From NCBI GenBank assembly GCA_002269645.1, contig NIVC01004796.1, forward strand, positions 1 through 34,907: 34,907 nt of DNA. The letters are read 5' to 3'. The DNA is from Macrostomum lignano. Its lineage: Eukaryota. The notes under the pieces were generated by a model, which was not told the DNA's origin, searched no databases, and saw only the letters and a program-made list of their open reading frames with translations. Made by a program: the position numbers and the translations under genes. Within the stretch, counting starts at the first letter, position 1. Each line of letters opens with the position of its first letter. Positions 23,654 through 34,728 of this stretch are shown in pieces.

Positions 23654-23762
23654 CTGCAAAATGAAATGCAAATACAATGCGAAAATTATACTACTTACTG
23701 CCGTGAGTAGACAGGCACAAAAAACATGAAAACTCGATGATCCGATAAAAAAACTGGCTCAC

Positions 23763-24555
23763 CCGCATCGCCTCGCTGCGTGACAGCCAGCAGTAGTCGG
23801 TGCACATTCGGATCAGCCGCAGCCGCATCGGCGAGATCCTCCTGGCTGACGCAGCCGGCCATAGCGGCGGATCTGGCATGGAAGCCGCCGCCGCCGCTGC
23901 CGCCTCGCAGTAGCATTGCCTCGAGCACGCGGCACAGGATGGCGTGCACCCCGCCGGACGAGCCGGCGAGGGCGGCCGCCTGCAGCTGCTTTCTATCGGG
24001 CTCCGTCATGCCTGCGTACGCCTCGAACAGCCGGTCGAATTCCTCGGCCGCCGCGCAACTGTCCGCCGTCGGCTGCGGCGTCGTCGAAGTCAAAGCCAAG
24101 GAAGCATCGGGAGCGGCTGCTTGGGTTGATGCTGTTGAAGACGCGGTCGCTGCCGCGCCGGAACCGGGAGCCGCTGTTTCGTTCGGCAGACGGTCCCAGC
24201 GGGCCAGCAGCTCGGCAGCCAGCTGACCGACTGCATCCCGGTCCCCAGACAGACGGCGGAGCAACTGCTGCAGGCTGTCAGCCACAGAGGCTCGGGCCAA
24301 CTGATCAGCCGATGCCAGCGGCACGCGGGCCATCGTACGCAGAGCTGCCAAGACCAGCTGAGTGTTCGGCGAGGATGACGAATTCGAGCAGCAGTTGGGC
24401 GCTGCCTCGGTCAGGCAGGCGGCGGTCAGTTGCAGCCCGTGGTGCCGCCGAAGAGTCAGTAGGCAGTCGGCGACAGCGGGGCCTGCAGCATCGGCCAGCA
24501 GCTGTAGCAGTCGGGTCCTGGCTTCGATCGGCAAATCTCGCTGGTGCAGCAGGGC
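23763..24555 (-). CDS. SETD2: SETD2-like gene, post-SET helical (AID-like) exon
   Basis: RTRLLQLL...LRRHHGLQL...LRTMARVP...AAELLARWDRL matches the Set2 post-SET helical region. Donor G|gtgagc at 23762, phase 1. The acceptor position is uncertain (24534-24587); a phase-0 site at 24555 is assumed. Confidence 0.75.
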
Positions 24556-24764
24556 CTTCAACAGCAATTCACGATAGCATGGGTTAGCTAGTTAGTTCGG
24601 AAATAGGGCTGTCTGTGGACGCTGCCGCAAATCATGGCAAGAGGTCAGTCCGCTAATCCCTGAGCACACACCCACACGGATACATACACAGGGTCAACAG
24701 CTGTACTGACTTTCTAATCAATTTGGGCTCAGACAACAGCAACACAGTTCATGAGCCAACTCAC

Positions 24765-26159
24765 CCTGAGCAAGCTTATCACTTCATTAGGCTGCGTCAC
24801 AGTCTCAAGCGTCAGCAGCTGGCTAGCATCGTGGCCAAAGTCGAGCGTCATTGAAGGCTTGCCGCAGCAGCTGCAGCGCGTCTCGGCCCCGACTGCGGCT
24901 GGCCAAGACAGAAACCGGCAGTCGATGACCAACTCCTCACCTCTGGCGATGTCGCGCCTAGCGAACAGGCCCAGCCGACGCTGGCCGCCGGTTACCCACA
25001 CCTGCGCTTCGGTGTTCGCCTCAACTCCGGCGCTGCCGCTGCAGCTGACAAATCTGGCCAGGTTGCCATTCGCAGTGGCATCAGCCACCAGACTGGCTCC
25101 CATCGGCATAAAGTACAGCCGCTTGCCAGCCGCCTTGTCCGCTGCACGACGCTGCCAAAACTCGCTCCAGTCGACCAGTTCGCCGGCGAATTCAATTAGA
25201 AAAGCGCCGGCGCCAACAGACGAGGTGGCGCGGACGCCCCAGTCGCGTCTGGCGCCCAGATACAGAGGCTCAAGCGGCAGGGCCGATGGCGGCAAGTCGA
25301 AGCGCCGATTTGTGCACATCTCGCCGCACGGACAGCGCCTGTTGTCGCATTCGACGCGCAGGGCTCGGTTGACGCAATCGGAGCCGCAGGCCTCGGCGCC
25401 TCTGGCTGCCTGGTCGGGCGTTGGCACGCTGCAATCGCAGGGCCAGCCGCAAGCCGGCTCAGTCGGGAGAAATTTTGCTAGCGGAACGCTTCGTTGCAGC
25501 AGCTCGTAGCTCGGCGGCGACATGCCCGGCGGCGCGGCCGGTTCGAGCGGCTCTAGGGCGGCCGCTGCAGCAGCCCGCTTAGCTGCGGCCTCAGCGGCGG
25601 CGGACGAATCCAGGGTGTCGTCGTGCGGCTCCTCCGGCTCGGCGACGTCCGAGGAGAGGCAGCCGGCCAGGAGGGACTGCCGGTCCTGTTCGTCCAGCTC
25701 GACCTCGTTGATGCTACGATCGCTGGCGCCGCCGCCGCCATCGCCGCGCATCGGCGAGGTAGACGAAGCCACCGACATGTCGCTGCTGCATCCGCCGCCA
25801 GCGGTATCGTCCGGCCTCGGCGCGGGCGGCGGTCGGCCCGGCGGAGTTGTCGGCACAACAGAGACGGCGGCAGTTGTGGGGCCGGAGTCGGAGGCACGCA
25901 GGCGGGACAGCTCCCGCTGCTGCATGGCCACCTGGCTCTGCATCTGCTTGGTGAAGTTAGTCAGCATGCCGAAGAAGTCTGTCAGTTGTTTGAAAGCGGC
26001 GTTGGCATCGGCGGAGCTGCCGGTTTTACTAGCGGGCTTACCGCCGACAGCTGCGCCGACTGTAGCCGCCACCGGCTGCTGCTTCGGCTGGTCAACCCGG
26101 ACCGGGGCCGCCTTTGACTCCTGGGGTGGGTAACAGTTCGGGATTGCTAGCTGGATGAG
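24765..26159 (-). CDS. SETD2: SETD2-like gene, AWS plus degenerate SET exon
   Basis: AWS motif CDC...CGSDCVNRALRVECDNRRCPCGEMCTNRRF. SET motifs WGVRA, IEFAGE, YFM, DAT.NGNLARF, RLGLFARRDIARGEELVID. Donor AGG|gtgagt. The acceptor could be 26159, 26129 or 26290. Confidence 0.85.
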
Positions 26160-26891
26160 CTGGGGCATGGCTTGTTAGCGATGGATTATTGGGCATCATC
26201 ATCCCCATGGTCATCATCATGATCAAAGTGGTCCCCATCAGCAGCTGGACATGTTGGCGAGTGAGCAGCTCCAGCTGCTCTATTTGGTTGCTGCAAAAGT
26301 GAAATGCAACGAGGCGGCGGGATGCAATGGTAGAACGTTTTTAATTAATGTTGACTAAACCAAATCCACGGGAACGCGCATTCACCATACTACTAATACT
26401 AAGTAGATTGAAATCCTTAGAGCTCTCATGACTAGAATATCTGGAAAACTTCAAACAACCCAGTTGCTTAAATAGAAACCCGCCTATTAAATAGGGAAGC
26501 CCCAGAACCCAACTGAAACCTTAATAGAGGCCTGGCAAATTAATAAAACAATGAGAAAAATATAAATTATTAATAGATCGCTCGGCAGTGTAAAAACAAA
26601 CTTATTGAAGCTTATTCGACGACGACCAACGGGATGGGGGGGGGGTAGTAGAGAGGAAACTGACGGGGTTGCTACGAATGCGACAAGCGGTTGTTTTGCA
26701 TTATTAATAAATATATTCGAGCTAAGCATATGCTATATAGTATTAGCAAGTTTGCCAGGTGCGAGAACGTTTGGAAGGGGGGGGCACACAAAATTCAAAG
26801 ACGAAGGAAAACCGGGGGGCGGCGGTCATGCAAATTCAGCAGTTCAGGCCGCAGGCAGGGCGGAATGCGCGGTACGCCGCCGGTCACCCAC

Positions 26892-29865
26892 CTGGCGCGT
26901 GGCGTGCAGGCGGTCGCCAGAGGCGCCAGCGTCGCCGTTACCGCTTCTGACTGCGCTACCGTCGTCTCCCGTATCGCCTCCGCCGCTGCGCTGCCGCTGG
27001 ATCATGGCGTCGACTTGGCGCAGCCGCTCCTTCACCTTCTGTCTCTCCAGGTGGCGCCGCTCGCGCTCTTCGGCTTTGCTGGCCGCGGAGGTCTCGTCGG
27101 CGGAGGGTTCAGCGGCCGAAGCTCGCTTGCTCTGGTGGTGCTGTCTGGACCGAGAGCCCGATCGGCTGCGGCGCTGACGGCTGCGACTGCGCTGCCGCTG
27201 ATTCTGCTGACGGTGACCGCCGCCTCCGCCTGGCGCAGCTCCGCTAACGCCGCCGCCACCGCCCCCTCCGCCTGCCGACCCGTCAGAGTCACCGGGGCTT
27301 CGCCGGCGTCGATGCCGCTGGGATCGATCTCGACGGCCGCTAGAGCTATCAGCCTCGCCGCTGCTAGCCGACCGGCTGTCGTCGTCATCGCGCCGGTGAC
27401 GCCGCTTTGACCGGCTTTTGCCGTGCCGATTCCGACCATTGTCGTCTCTTCGGCGACTGCCGCTATTGCTGTCGCCGTGTCGACGGTGCCGGTCCTTCTC
27501 GTGCTTCCCTTCCTTACCCCGATCGCCGTCTTCTTTGGCGTCTCGGCTGTTGCCTCGCGACCGATGTCGATGGCGCGACTGAGTCGGCGGCGTTGGGGAC
27601 CGTCGTCGTCGGCGCTCCTCCCGATGTCGCTCGCCGCTTTGGTCATTGGGCGATCGCTCTCTGACCCGGTCCTTAGATCGCTCCGATGAGCGCCGGCTCT
27701 CCGTTGCCTCCTGGGCGGTTGGGGCCGATCGCGAGGCCAGGCGGTCCTTCGAGAGGCTCCGGCGCAGCTGGGACTGCGGCCTTCGATCGTCTTCTCTCTG
27801 CGGCGCTTCTACAGGCTCCACCGCCGCAGACTTGGATTCGGCGGCCTTTGTTTCCTTCGACTTTTCATCGCCAGCTTTATCAGCTTCTTCACAACCGTCG
27901 TCATCGTCGTCCTCGCCGAACTCGGCTAGCGTCGACTTAAGCTGCCCTTTAGACGCAGAAGTGTTCCTTCTTTGAGTTGCGTTGGCGCCGCTTCCGGTGG
28001 CTGGCGCACCGGAGTCGCCGCCGGAGAAGCTCATGTGCACTTTCTCGCGAACCTCTGGCAGCTCACGCAGCTCAGTGCCAGCAGCCACGGCCGCGGCGCC
28101 GCGATTGTCAGCGTCGCTAAGCCCCATCTCGGTGTCAGTCAGCTGCTGCGGCTCCTCGTCCGACAGGGTCTCGTAGGAGCTTCCGCCAGACTCTCTGCGC
28201 CCGCCGCCGGGTTTGGCCGCGCCGCCGTCTCCGTTGTTTTTGCTCGCTTCGGCTGTTGAACGCCGACGCTCGCCGCCGTGATGTCTCTTCGGCGAGGCTC
28301 CCGGCGACGAGGCACGATGCGACCGGCGCGGAGACGACGAAGACTTTCGGTGCCTGCTGTGCCGATGGCGCCGGCTGTCTGGGGAGCGTGAGCCGCGCCT
28401 CCGCTTGCGGTGCCTGTGCCGGTGCCCGTGCGAGCCACTGGAGCGGCGACGGCGCCGGCTTCCTCCTCCTTCACCTCCTCCGTCGTCCTCGCCGGGATCG
28501 CGCTGCACATAGCCGTCGTCGCGCTGGTGCATCATGAGCAGTTCGCGTTCTCGCGAAGATCGCAACCGATCGGCCTCCTGGCGGGTCATCAGAGCGCCGG
28601 GAATGGGCGGCAGCGCGGCCGGATTCAGGTGCGACACGTCTGGCAGTGGCGGCGCCTCGGCTGCCTGCTTGGCGGCCAGCAGCAGGTTCGGCCGGTTATG
28701 CTTCGGCTTGCCCTGGGCTGATGGTTTCAAGCTTGGCAGGCCGAGGTTTGAAAGGGCACTGGAACCGCTGAGGCTGGAGATGCCGCCAAGACTGGACAGC
28801 CCGCCGACACCACCAAGGCCAGAGAGTCCGCTGAGGCCACCGACACCGCTTAGGCTGGCGAGGCCGCCAGAGCCAAGCGAGGACACGCCTCCAATGCTGC
28901 TGCTCATGAGGCTGGTTATGCCGCCAGCTGCGCTGGACTCGGTGACAACGGAACTACCGGATCTGTTTCCACTGTCAGCGCGGGTGCGACTACCGCTTGC
29001 AGATCCAGTCAGGGCGGCTCCTGAAGATGAGGCCGCCGTGGTGCTGGGCACCGAGGAGCCGCCAGATCCGGACTCGAACGGTTGGATTGGCGTCTTCTCG
29101 ATGTCGGCCGCGTTAGGTAGGAAAAGCTCTGCGCGTCGGTTGCCGATGGGCGCGGCGCCTCCACCGCCGCTGCCACCGCCGGCCTGTCCGGCATTGCTAG
29201 CTGGGCCGCTGTCCGATTCTGGCAGTTTCTTTCTTTTAGCCGGCAAAACGCCAGTCTGCAAGGTTAGCGGCTTCCGTTTGCCCGGTCCGGCCGGTGCTTG
29301 GACCGGCATTGGCTGCTTCCACTGCTGCTGTTGTTGCTGCTGCTGCTGCTGGGTGGGCGAAGTGGCACTCTGCTGCCCACCAGACTGCTGCTGCATTGAA
29401 GCAACCACAATTGACGGCTGCTGAGACGGTTGCTGCTGGGAGTAGGGCACAGCGGAGCCGCTCTTGGCGTAGCTGATCATGCCGAATGCGCTTTTCAATG
29501 CGAATTTCACCGGCCCGCTGCTGGCCGAATGGTGAGAGCCGGCGGACAGGTGCGACAAATCCGGCGGTGGAGGGGCCGCGGTGTGCTCCAGCGCCGGCAG
29601 CTGGTCCGGCAGGGGAATGTCGGCCACATTGCCAAAGTCCTTGTCGCCGTCGAAGTCGTCGTCAATGTCGGATCGGCTGGATGACGGCGGCGGCGACTTG
29701 CGGAGGTTTCGGGCCGGCGGCCGAGGCGGCGATGACGAAGGCGGCGGCGGTGGAGGCGGCGGCGGCGGCGGAGGGGGTGGCGGGGGAGGCGGCGGAGGCG
29801 GAGGGGGCGGCGGCGGCGCGGCTCTATTGACAGCCTGCACTGGCATCGGAATCTCGTCCAGCTCA
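26892..29865 (-). CDS. SETD2: SETD2-like gene, large low-complexity exon (poly-Pro, poly-Gln, Arg/Ser-rich)
   Basis: ~1000-codon ORF with acceptor ttttcag|T (phase 2) and donor CAG|gtgggt (phase 0). Linkage to the SET exon is inferred from splice phase and strand. Confidence 0.78.
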
Positions 29866-30029
29866 CTGAAAAGTTATTTGTTGATTGTTATTAATGTGGA
29901 AAATAAATTTCGCAACCATGGCTGCAATCATGGACCACTGAAACACATCTGGACTATTCAGTCTGAGTCTGCTCCAGTCCAGATAATAGTTTCAGTGATG
30001 CATGGTATCTGATGGAACAGCAAACTCAC

Positions 30030-30058
30030 TCGGTTGGAAAAGCGGGGTCGTACTCCAT
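30030..30058 (-). CDS. SETD2: SETD2-like gene, first coding exon (MEYDPAFPTD)
   Basis: ATG at 30058. The phase-2 donor GA|gtgagt fits the next acceptor. An upstream acceptor cttattgcag lies at 30151. Confidence 0.7.
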
Positions 30059-30342
30059 AGCTGTTGAAGCTATTCAAGCTTTGACGTCAGATTAGATAAT
30101 ATTTGGCCAGACAGTGTCCGGGTCACAGCATAGCAACTCCGGTCGGTCTGCTGCAATAAGAAATTTGGATTTTAGAAATTGTCCGTTTCAAAGAGCACTT
30201 AATTATATAATGACTGAAATACTAGCTTTTATGTCAGCATGATAGGATATACACAATTTATAGTTTAAAAGACTCCAGCGAGACAGGTCTGCTGAGCTTA
30301 GGCGAGATAGCACTACTGCGTTCACGTTACAACTGATAAGAC

Positions 30343-31315
30343 TAATGGACACAGGTGAGGTGGGACTAATGGACACAGGTGAGGTGGGACTAATGGGCAC
30401 ACAGGTGAGATGGGACTAATGGACAGGTGATGGAACTAATGGGCACAGGTAAGATGGGACCAATGGGCACAGGTAAGATGGGACTAATGGGCACAGGTAA
30501 GATGGACTAATGGGCACAGATAGATGGGACTACTGGGCTCAGATGAGATGGGACTACTGGGCTCAGATGAGATGAACAACAGGGCTCAGATGAGATGGGA
30601 CTACTGGGCTCAGATGAGATGGGACTAATGGGCTCAGATGAGATGGGACTACTGGGCTCAGATGAGATGGGACTACTGGGCTCAGATGAGATGAACAACA
30701 GGGCTCAGATGAGATGGGACTACTGGGCTCAGATGAGATGGGACTACTGGGCTCAGATGAGATGGGACTAATGGGCTCAGATGAGATGGGACTACTGGGC
30801 TCAGATGAGATGGGACTACTGGGCTCAGATGAGATGGGACTACTGGGCTCAGATGAGATGGGACTACTGGGCTCAGATGAGATGGGACTACTGGGCTCAG
30901 GTGAGATGGGACTACTGGGCTCAGATGAGATGGGACTACTGGGCTCAGATGAGATGGGACTACTGGGCTCAGGTGAGATGGGACTACTGGGCTCAGATGA
31001 GATGGGACTACTGGGCTCAGATGAGATGGGACTACTGGGCTCAGGTGAGATGGGACTACTAAGCTCAGATGAGATGGGACTACTGGGCTCAGATGAGATG
31101 GGACTACTGGGCTCAGGTGAGATGGGACTACTAAGCTCAGATGAGATGGGACTACTGGGCTCAGGTGAGATGGGACTACTGGGCTCAGGTGAGATGGGAC
31201 TAATGGGCTCAGATGAGATGGGACTAATGGGCTCAGATGAGATGGGACTAATGGGCTCAGATGAGATGGGACTAATGGGCTCAGGTGAGATGGCACTGCT
31301 GGGCACAGATGAGCT
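30343..31315. repeat. 24-bp minisatellite (gggctcagatgagatgggactact) between RRN3 and the SETD2-like gene
   Basis: Homogeneous 24-mers at ~30525-31290, with degenerate units at the left end. Confidence 0.97.
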
Positions 31316-31430
31316 AGGACCTACAAAAGCAAAACGACAAGAGACTTGAAATCGGTCAAGACTGCCAAAAACAATATTGAATGCAAGCATACGGTATGCA
31401 TTCACTTGCGTTCAATATTCAGTGCAGGAT

Positions 31431-31436
31431 TTTATT
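31431..31436 (-). promoter_or_regulatory. Probable RRN3 polyadenylation signal AATAAA
   Basis: The first AATAAA on the minus strand, ~180 nt after the stop at 31618. Confidence 0.5.
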
Positions 31437-31617
31437 AACAAAACTCCAGATCGCGGGTTAAAGATTTCACAGCAAGCCAAAGGACAGTTTAAATAAAAAC
31501 TAGCGAAAAATCTGCTGCTTATAACAGATTTACAAACAACTGTTGCATAGTTGAATCGAAGAGTCGAATTGATCAGTCAAATGCAAGAGAGTTTCGCTAT
31601 AAGCATCTCGCAGACAG

Positions 31618-32323
31618 TCAGGCCGATTCGCCAAACACAACGCAGTCGCTGCGTAGGCGTTTTCTCCGCCTGGCGAACAGCTGGCCCGGGCCCTGCAGCG
31701 CCTCGGCCAGCAGCGGCTGCGCAGGCGGCTCCGCTAAAATCGGCTGAGCCGGCGGCTGCGACTGGGGCTGCTTCGACGGCTGCTGCTGCGTCTCAACCGT
31801 CTCATTGGATGCCGTCGGCGGCGTTGGTGGCGGCGACGGCAGCGGCTCGTCCAGCAGAAGCAGCGGCCGGAGCAGCGGCTCGCAAAGGCCGAGACCCTCC
31901 AGAGAGGCGGACAGCGGCTCCTCGGCGGCGGGGGCCAGTGCTGTGGCCGACGCCGGGTCCAGGGTAGTCCGGCGCCGCTTCTTGTGCTTCTTCTTGGCGG
32001 ACAACGGCGCAGTAGCAGTGGCGGCGTCGGCAGCCTCGCAGCCGTCTGACAGGCTGGCTATGGCGCTAATGAAGTCGTCAAGGCTGTAGCGCCGGCACAG
32101 CAGGGCAAAGCGGGACCGAAGCTGCTGCGGCAGGGCGGGCCAAGGCTGCAGCGAGGACAGCAGCACGAGGTGGAAGTGCATGCCAGAGAGGCAGGCTCCG
32201 TCCTTGCCGGCTCCGTCTAGCAGCTCTCGGTGCCGGTGGACGGCAATGCGCACGACGGCCCGGACGCAGGCGTGGAACAGGCTGGCCTCGTCCGCGCCTA
32301 GCGTGCCGGCCCGCTTGTTGTAT
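31618..32323 (-). CDS. RRN3: RRN3/TIF-IA (RNA polymerase I initiation factor), last exon
   Basis: Acceptor ctctccccag|A, phase 2. LFHACVRAVVRIAVHRHRELL...HFHLVLLSSLQPW...RFALLCRRYSL parallels RRN3 FYSACQAVFYTFVFRHKQLL...NFERIVMSQLNPL...FAAITNKYQL. Basic NLS-like tail. Confidence 0.8.
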
Positions 32324-32384
32324 CTGGGGAGAGAGGGGCGTGGATTGGGAGCTGGGTGAGTGTTTTGAATTTTAAAACTAGTGC

Positions 32385-32818
32385 TTTTACAATTATGACT
32401 AGTGCTGTTGGAATCGCGACTCGTGCTGTTGGAATCGGGACTCGTGCTGTTGGAATCGCGACTCGTGCTGTTGGAATCGGGACTCGTGCTGCTGGAATCG
32501 GGATCGTGCTGCTGAAATCGGGACTAGTGCTGCTGGAATGGGGACTAGTGCTGTTGGAATCGGGACTAGTGCTGTTGGAATCGGGACTAGTGCTGTTGGA
32601 ATCGGGACTAGTGCTGTTGGAATCGAGACTAGTGCTGCTGGAATGGGGACTAGTGCTGCTGTAATGGGACTAGTGCTGTTGGAATCGGGACTAGTGCTGT
32701 TGGAATCGGGACTAGTGCTGTTTGAATCGAGACTAGTGCTGCTGGAATGGGGACTAGTGCTGCTGTAATGGGGACTAGTGCTGTTGGAATCGGGACTAGT
32801 GCTGTTGGAATCGGGACT
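32385..32818. repeat. 21-bp minisatellite (ctagtgctgttggaatcggga) filling an RRN3 intron
   Basis: About 20 tandem copies within intron 32324-32835. Confidence 0.95.
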
Positions 32819-32835
32819 CTGTAATCAGCACTCAC

Positions 32836-33403
32836 TTGGAAGCCATCAGCCTGGCGCGGTCAACCAGCAACAGCAGTACGGTGTGCAGCAGATGCTGGTG
32901 CACAAAGGCGCACCTGGCGCACAGGTCGCCAAGCAAAGAGAGGCAGCGCAATCGAAAATTGGCGCCAAGATGCGAATCAATAGCGCGCTTCCACAGGTAG
33001 TCCAGGAAGCCGTGAGCAATCCGATCATTTGCTGAGCAGGCCAGCGCCAGCAGCAGGTGCAGTCGGGACGGTCCAGCCAGATGGGCCAACTCCCTGTCGA
33101 ACACGGTCAGCAAGTCCTTGTACACAGCCTTGGTGCGCGGCCAGTCGCTGGGGTCCAGCTCGGCTCGCACGTAGCACAGCAGCGGATGAAGGCAGGCGTT
33201 GAGCTTCAGCCGCTGGTCGCAGGCGCGGCAACTGGCACCGCCAGCGGCAGGAGACGCGAGCAGCAACAGGCTGTGCAGCTCCGGGGTCAGCTTCCACCAG
33301 GTGTCAGTAGTTGCTGACGACTGACGACTGGCGAGACAGGCGGCTGACGCTTCGGCTGCGGCGGCCGATTGAGCGCAGGTGCAACGAGCCACCGAAGCGG
33401 TGC
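32836..33403 (-). CDS. RRN3: RRN3 internal exon
   Basis: TKAVYKDLLTVFDRELAHLAGPSRLHLLLALACS...FLDYLWKR...LCARCAFV parallels RRN3 TKDLYRDLINIFDKLLLPTHASCHVQFFMFYLCS...FLEHLWKK...LARAKFI. Acceptor actttcag|GC (phase 1) and donor AA|gtgagt (phase 2). Confidence 0.85.
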
Positions 33404-33570
33404 CTGAAAGTGCCCAGATTTGTACCAATAAACCCTGAAGGACTGAAAAACTGACTACTAGCAAGTCAGTAGCAAGATAAGAATTTGAAGTGAAGCATAT
33501 TGCTTATATAGAGAGTGCAAAATAGGGTTTCAACCAAACTTTTAAAAAGTATATTTTGTTAGCATCTTAC

Positions 33571-33860
33571 CATCGAAGCTTCGGCTTACGCCAGCCGTCT
33601 CATCAGCCAGGCTCTCCAGTTTAGCCACCGTTCGACAGGCGACAAACAGCAGACGGGTGCGCAAGCCACCGCCGCTGCCGCCAGCTCCCAGATAGGTGGC
33701 AGCGGCACGGAGCACATTGAGCAGGTAGCAGGCCAGCTGGCGGGTCGGCCGGCCCCACAGGCAGTGCGACTCGGCCAAGTCGCAGATTGCGCCAGGCGCG
33801 GAGGCTGGGAAAGCGGAAGCGAGAGCCTCCAGCAGCCGGTGGGCGAGGCTGAACTGGCGT
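33571..33860 (-). CDS. RRN3: RRN3 internal exon
   Basis: AHRLLEALASAFP...WGRPTRQLACYLLNVLR parallels RRN3 CHRALQIIARYVP...RKSERTLECYVHNLLR. Acceptor cattcag|A and donor G|gtaaga. Confidence 0.82.
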
Positions 33861-33896
33861 CTGAATGCGCGGAAATGTGGGGAAAATTACACAGGC

Positions 33897-34550
33897 TAGG
33901 ATAGAGACACACTGAAGGACTCAAAAGGAAGGGATAGAGGCACACTGAAGGACCTAGAAGGGAAAGGATAGGGGCACATTGAAGGACATAGAATAAAAAG
34001 GATAGGGGAACACTGAAGGACCTAGAAGGGAAAGGATAGGGGCACATTGAAGGACATAGAATAAAAAGGATAGGGGAACACTGAAGGACCTAGAAGGGAA
34101 AGGATAGGGGCACTTTGAAGGACATAGAAGGAAAAGGATAGGGGCACATTGAAGGACATAGAAGGAAAAGGATAGGGGCACATTGAAGGACATAGAAGGG
34201 AAAGGATAGAGGCACATTGAAGGACATAGAAGGAAAAGGATAGGGGCACATTGAAGGACATAGAAGGAAAAGGATAGGGGCACATTGAAGGACATAGAAG
34301 GAAAAGGATAGGGGCACATTGAAGGACATAGAAGGAAAAGGATAGGGGCACATTGAAGGACATAGAAGGAAAAGGATAGGGGCACATTGAAGGACATAGA
34401 AGGAAAAGGATAGGGACACATTGAAGGACATAGAAGGAAAAGGATAGGGGCACATTGAAGGACATAGAAGGAAATAATATATTAGAAGGATAGGGGCACA
34501 TTGAAGGATACAGAAAGGACAGGATGGAGGCACAAAGGAAAGGATAGAGG
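33897..34550. repeat. 34-bp minisatellite (gaaggacatagaaggaaaaggataggggcacatt) in an RRN3 intron
   Basis: Purine-rich tandem array. It explains the MCPYPFPSMSF-type spurious ORFs. Confidence 0.95.
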
Positions 34551-34728
34551 CACATGAAGGACCCCATGGGAGGGATAGTAACACACTAAAGGACCCAAAA
34601 AGAAAGGTAGTGGCACAGTGAAGGGCCCAGTGTGAGCGATAGTGACGCACTGAAAGACCCAGTGAGGATGTCGCAGCCCAGAAGCAAGAAGAAGCCGAAG
34701 CACACAAGCGACACAATTAAATCCGAAC

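Noticed and set aside
19569-29830. Many plus-strand ORFs of 100-300 aa
   Set aside because: They are antisense shadows of GC-rich minus-strand exons and have no recognisable motifs.
30563-31405. 280-aa mucin-like SSEPSSPI ORF starting near an acceptor
   Set aside because: The 24-bp unit is stop-free in four of six frames by chance, 23-bp variants break the frame, and there is no exit donor.
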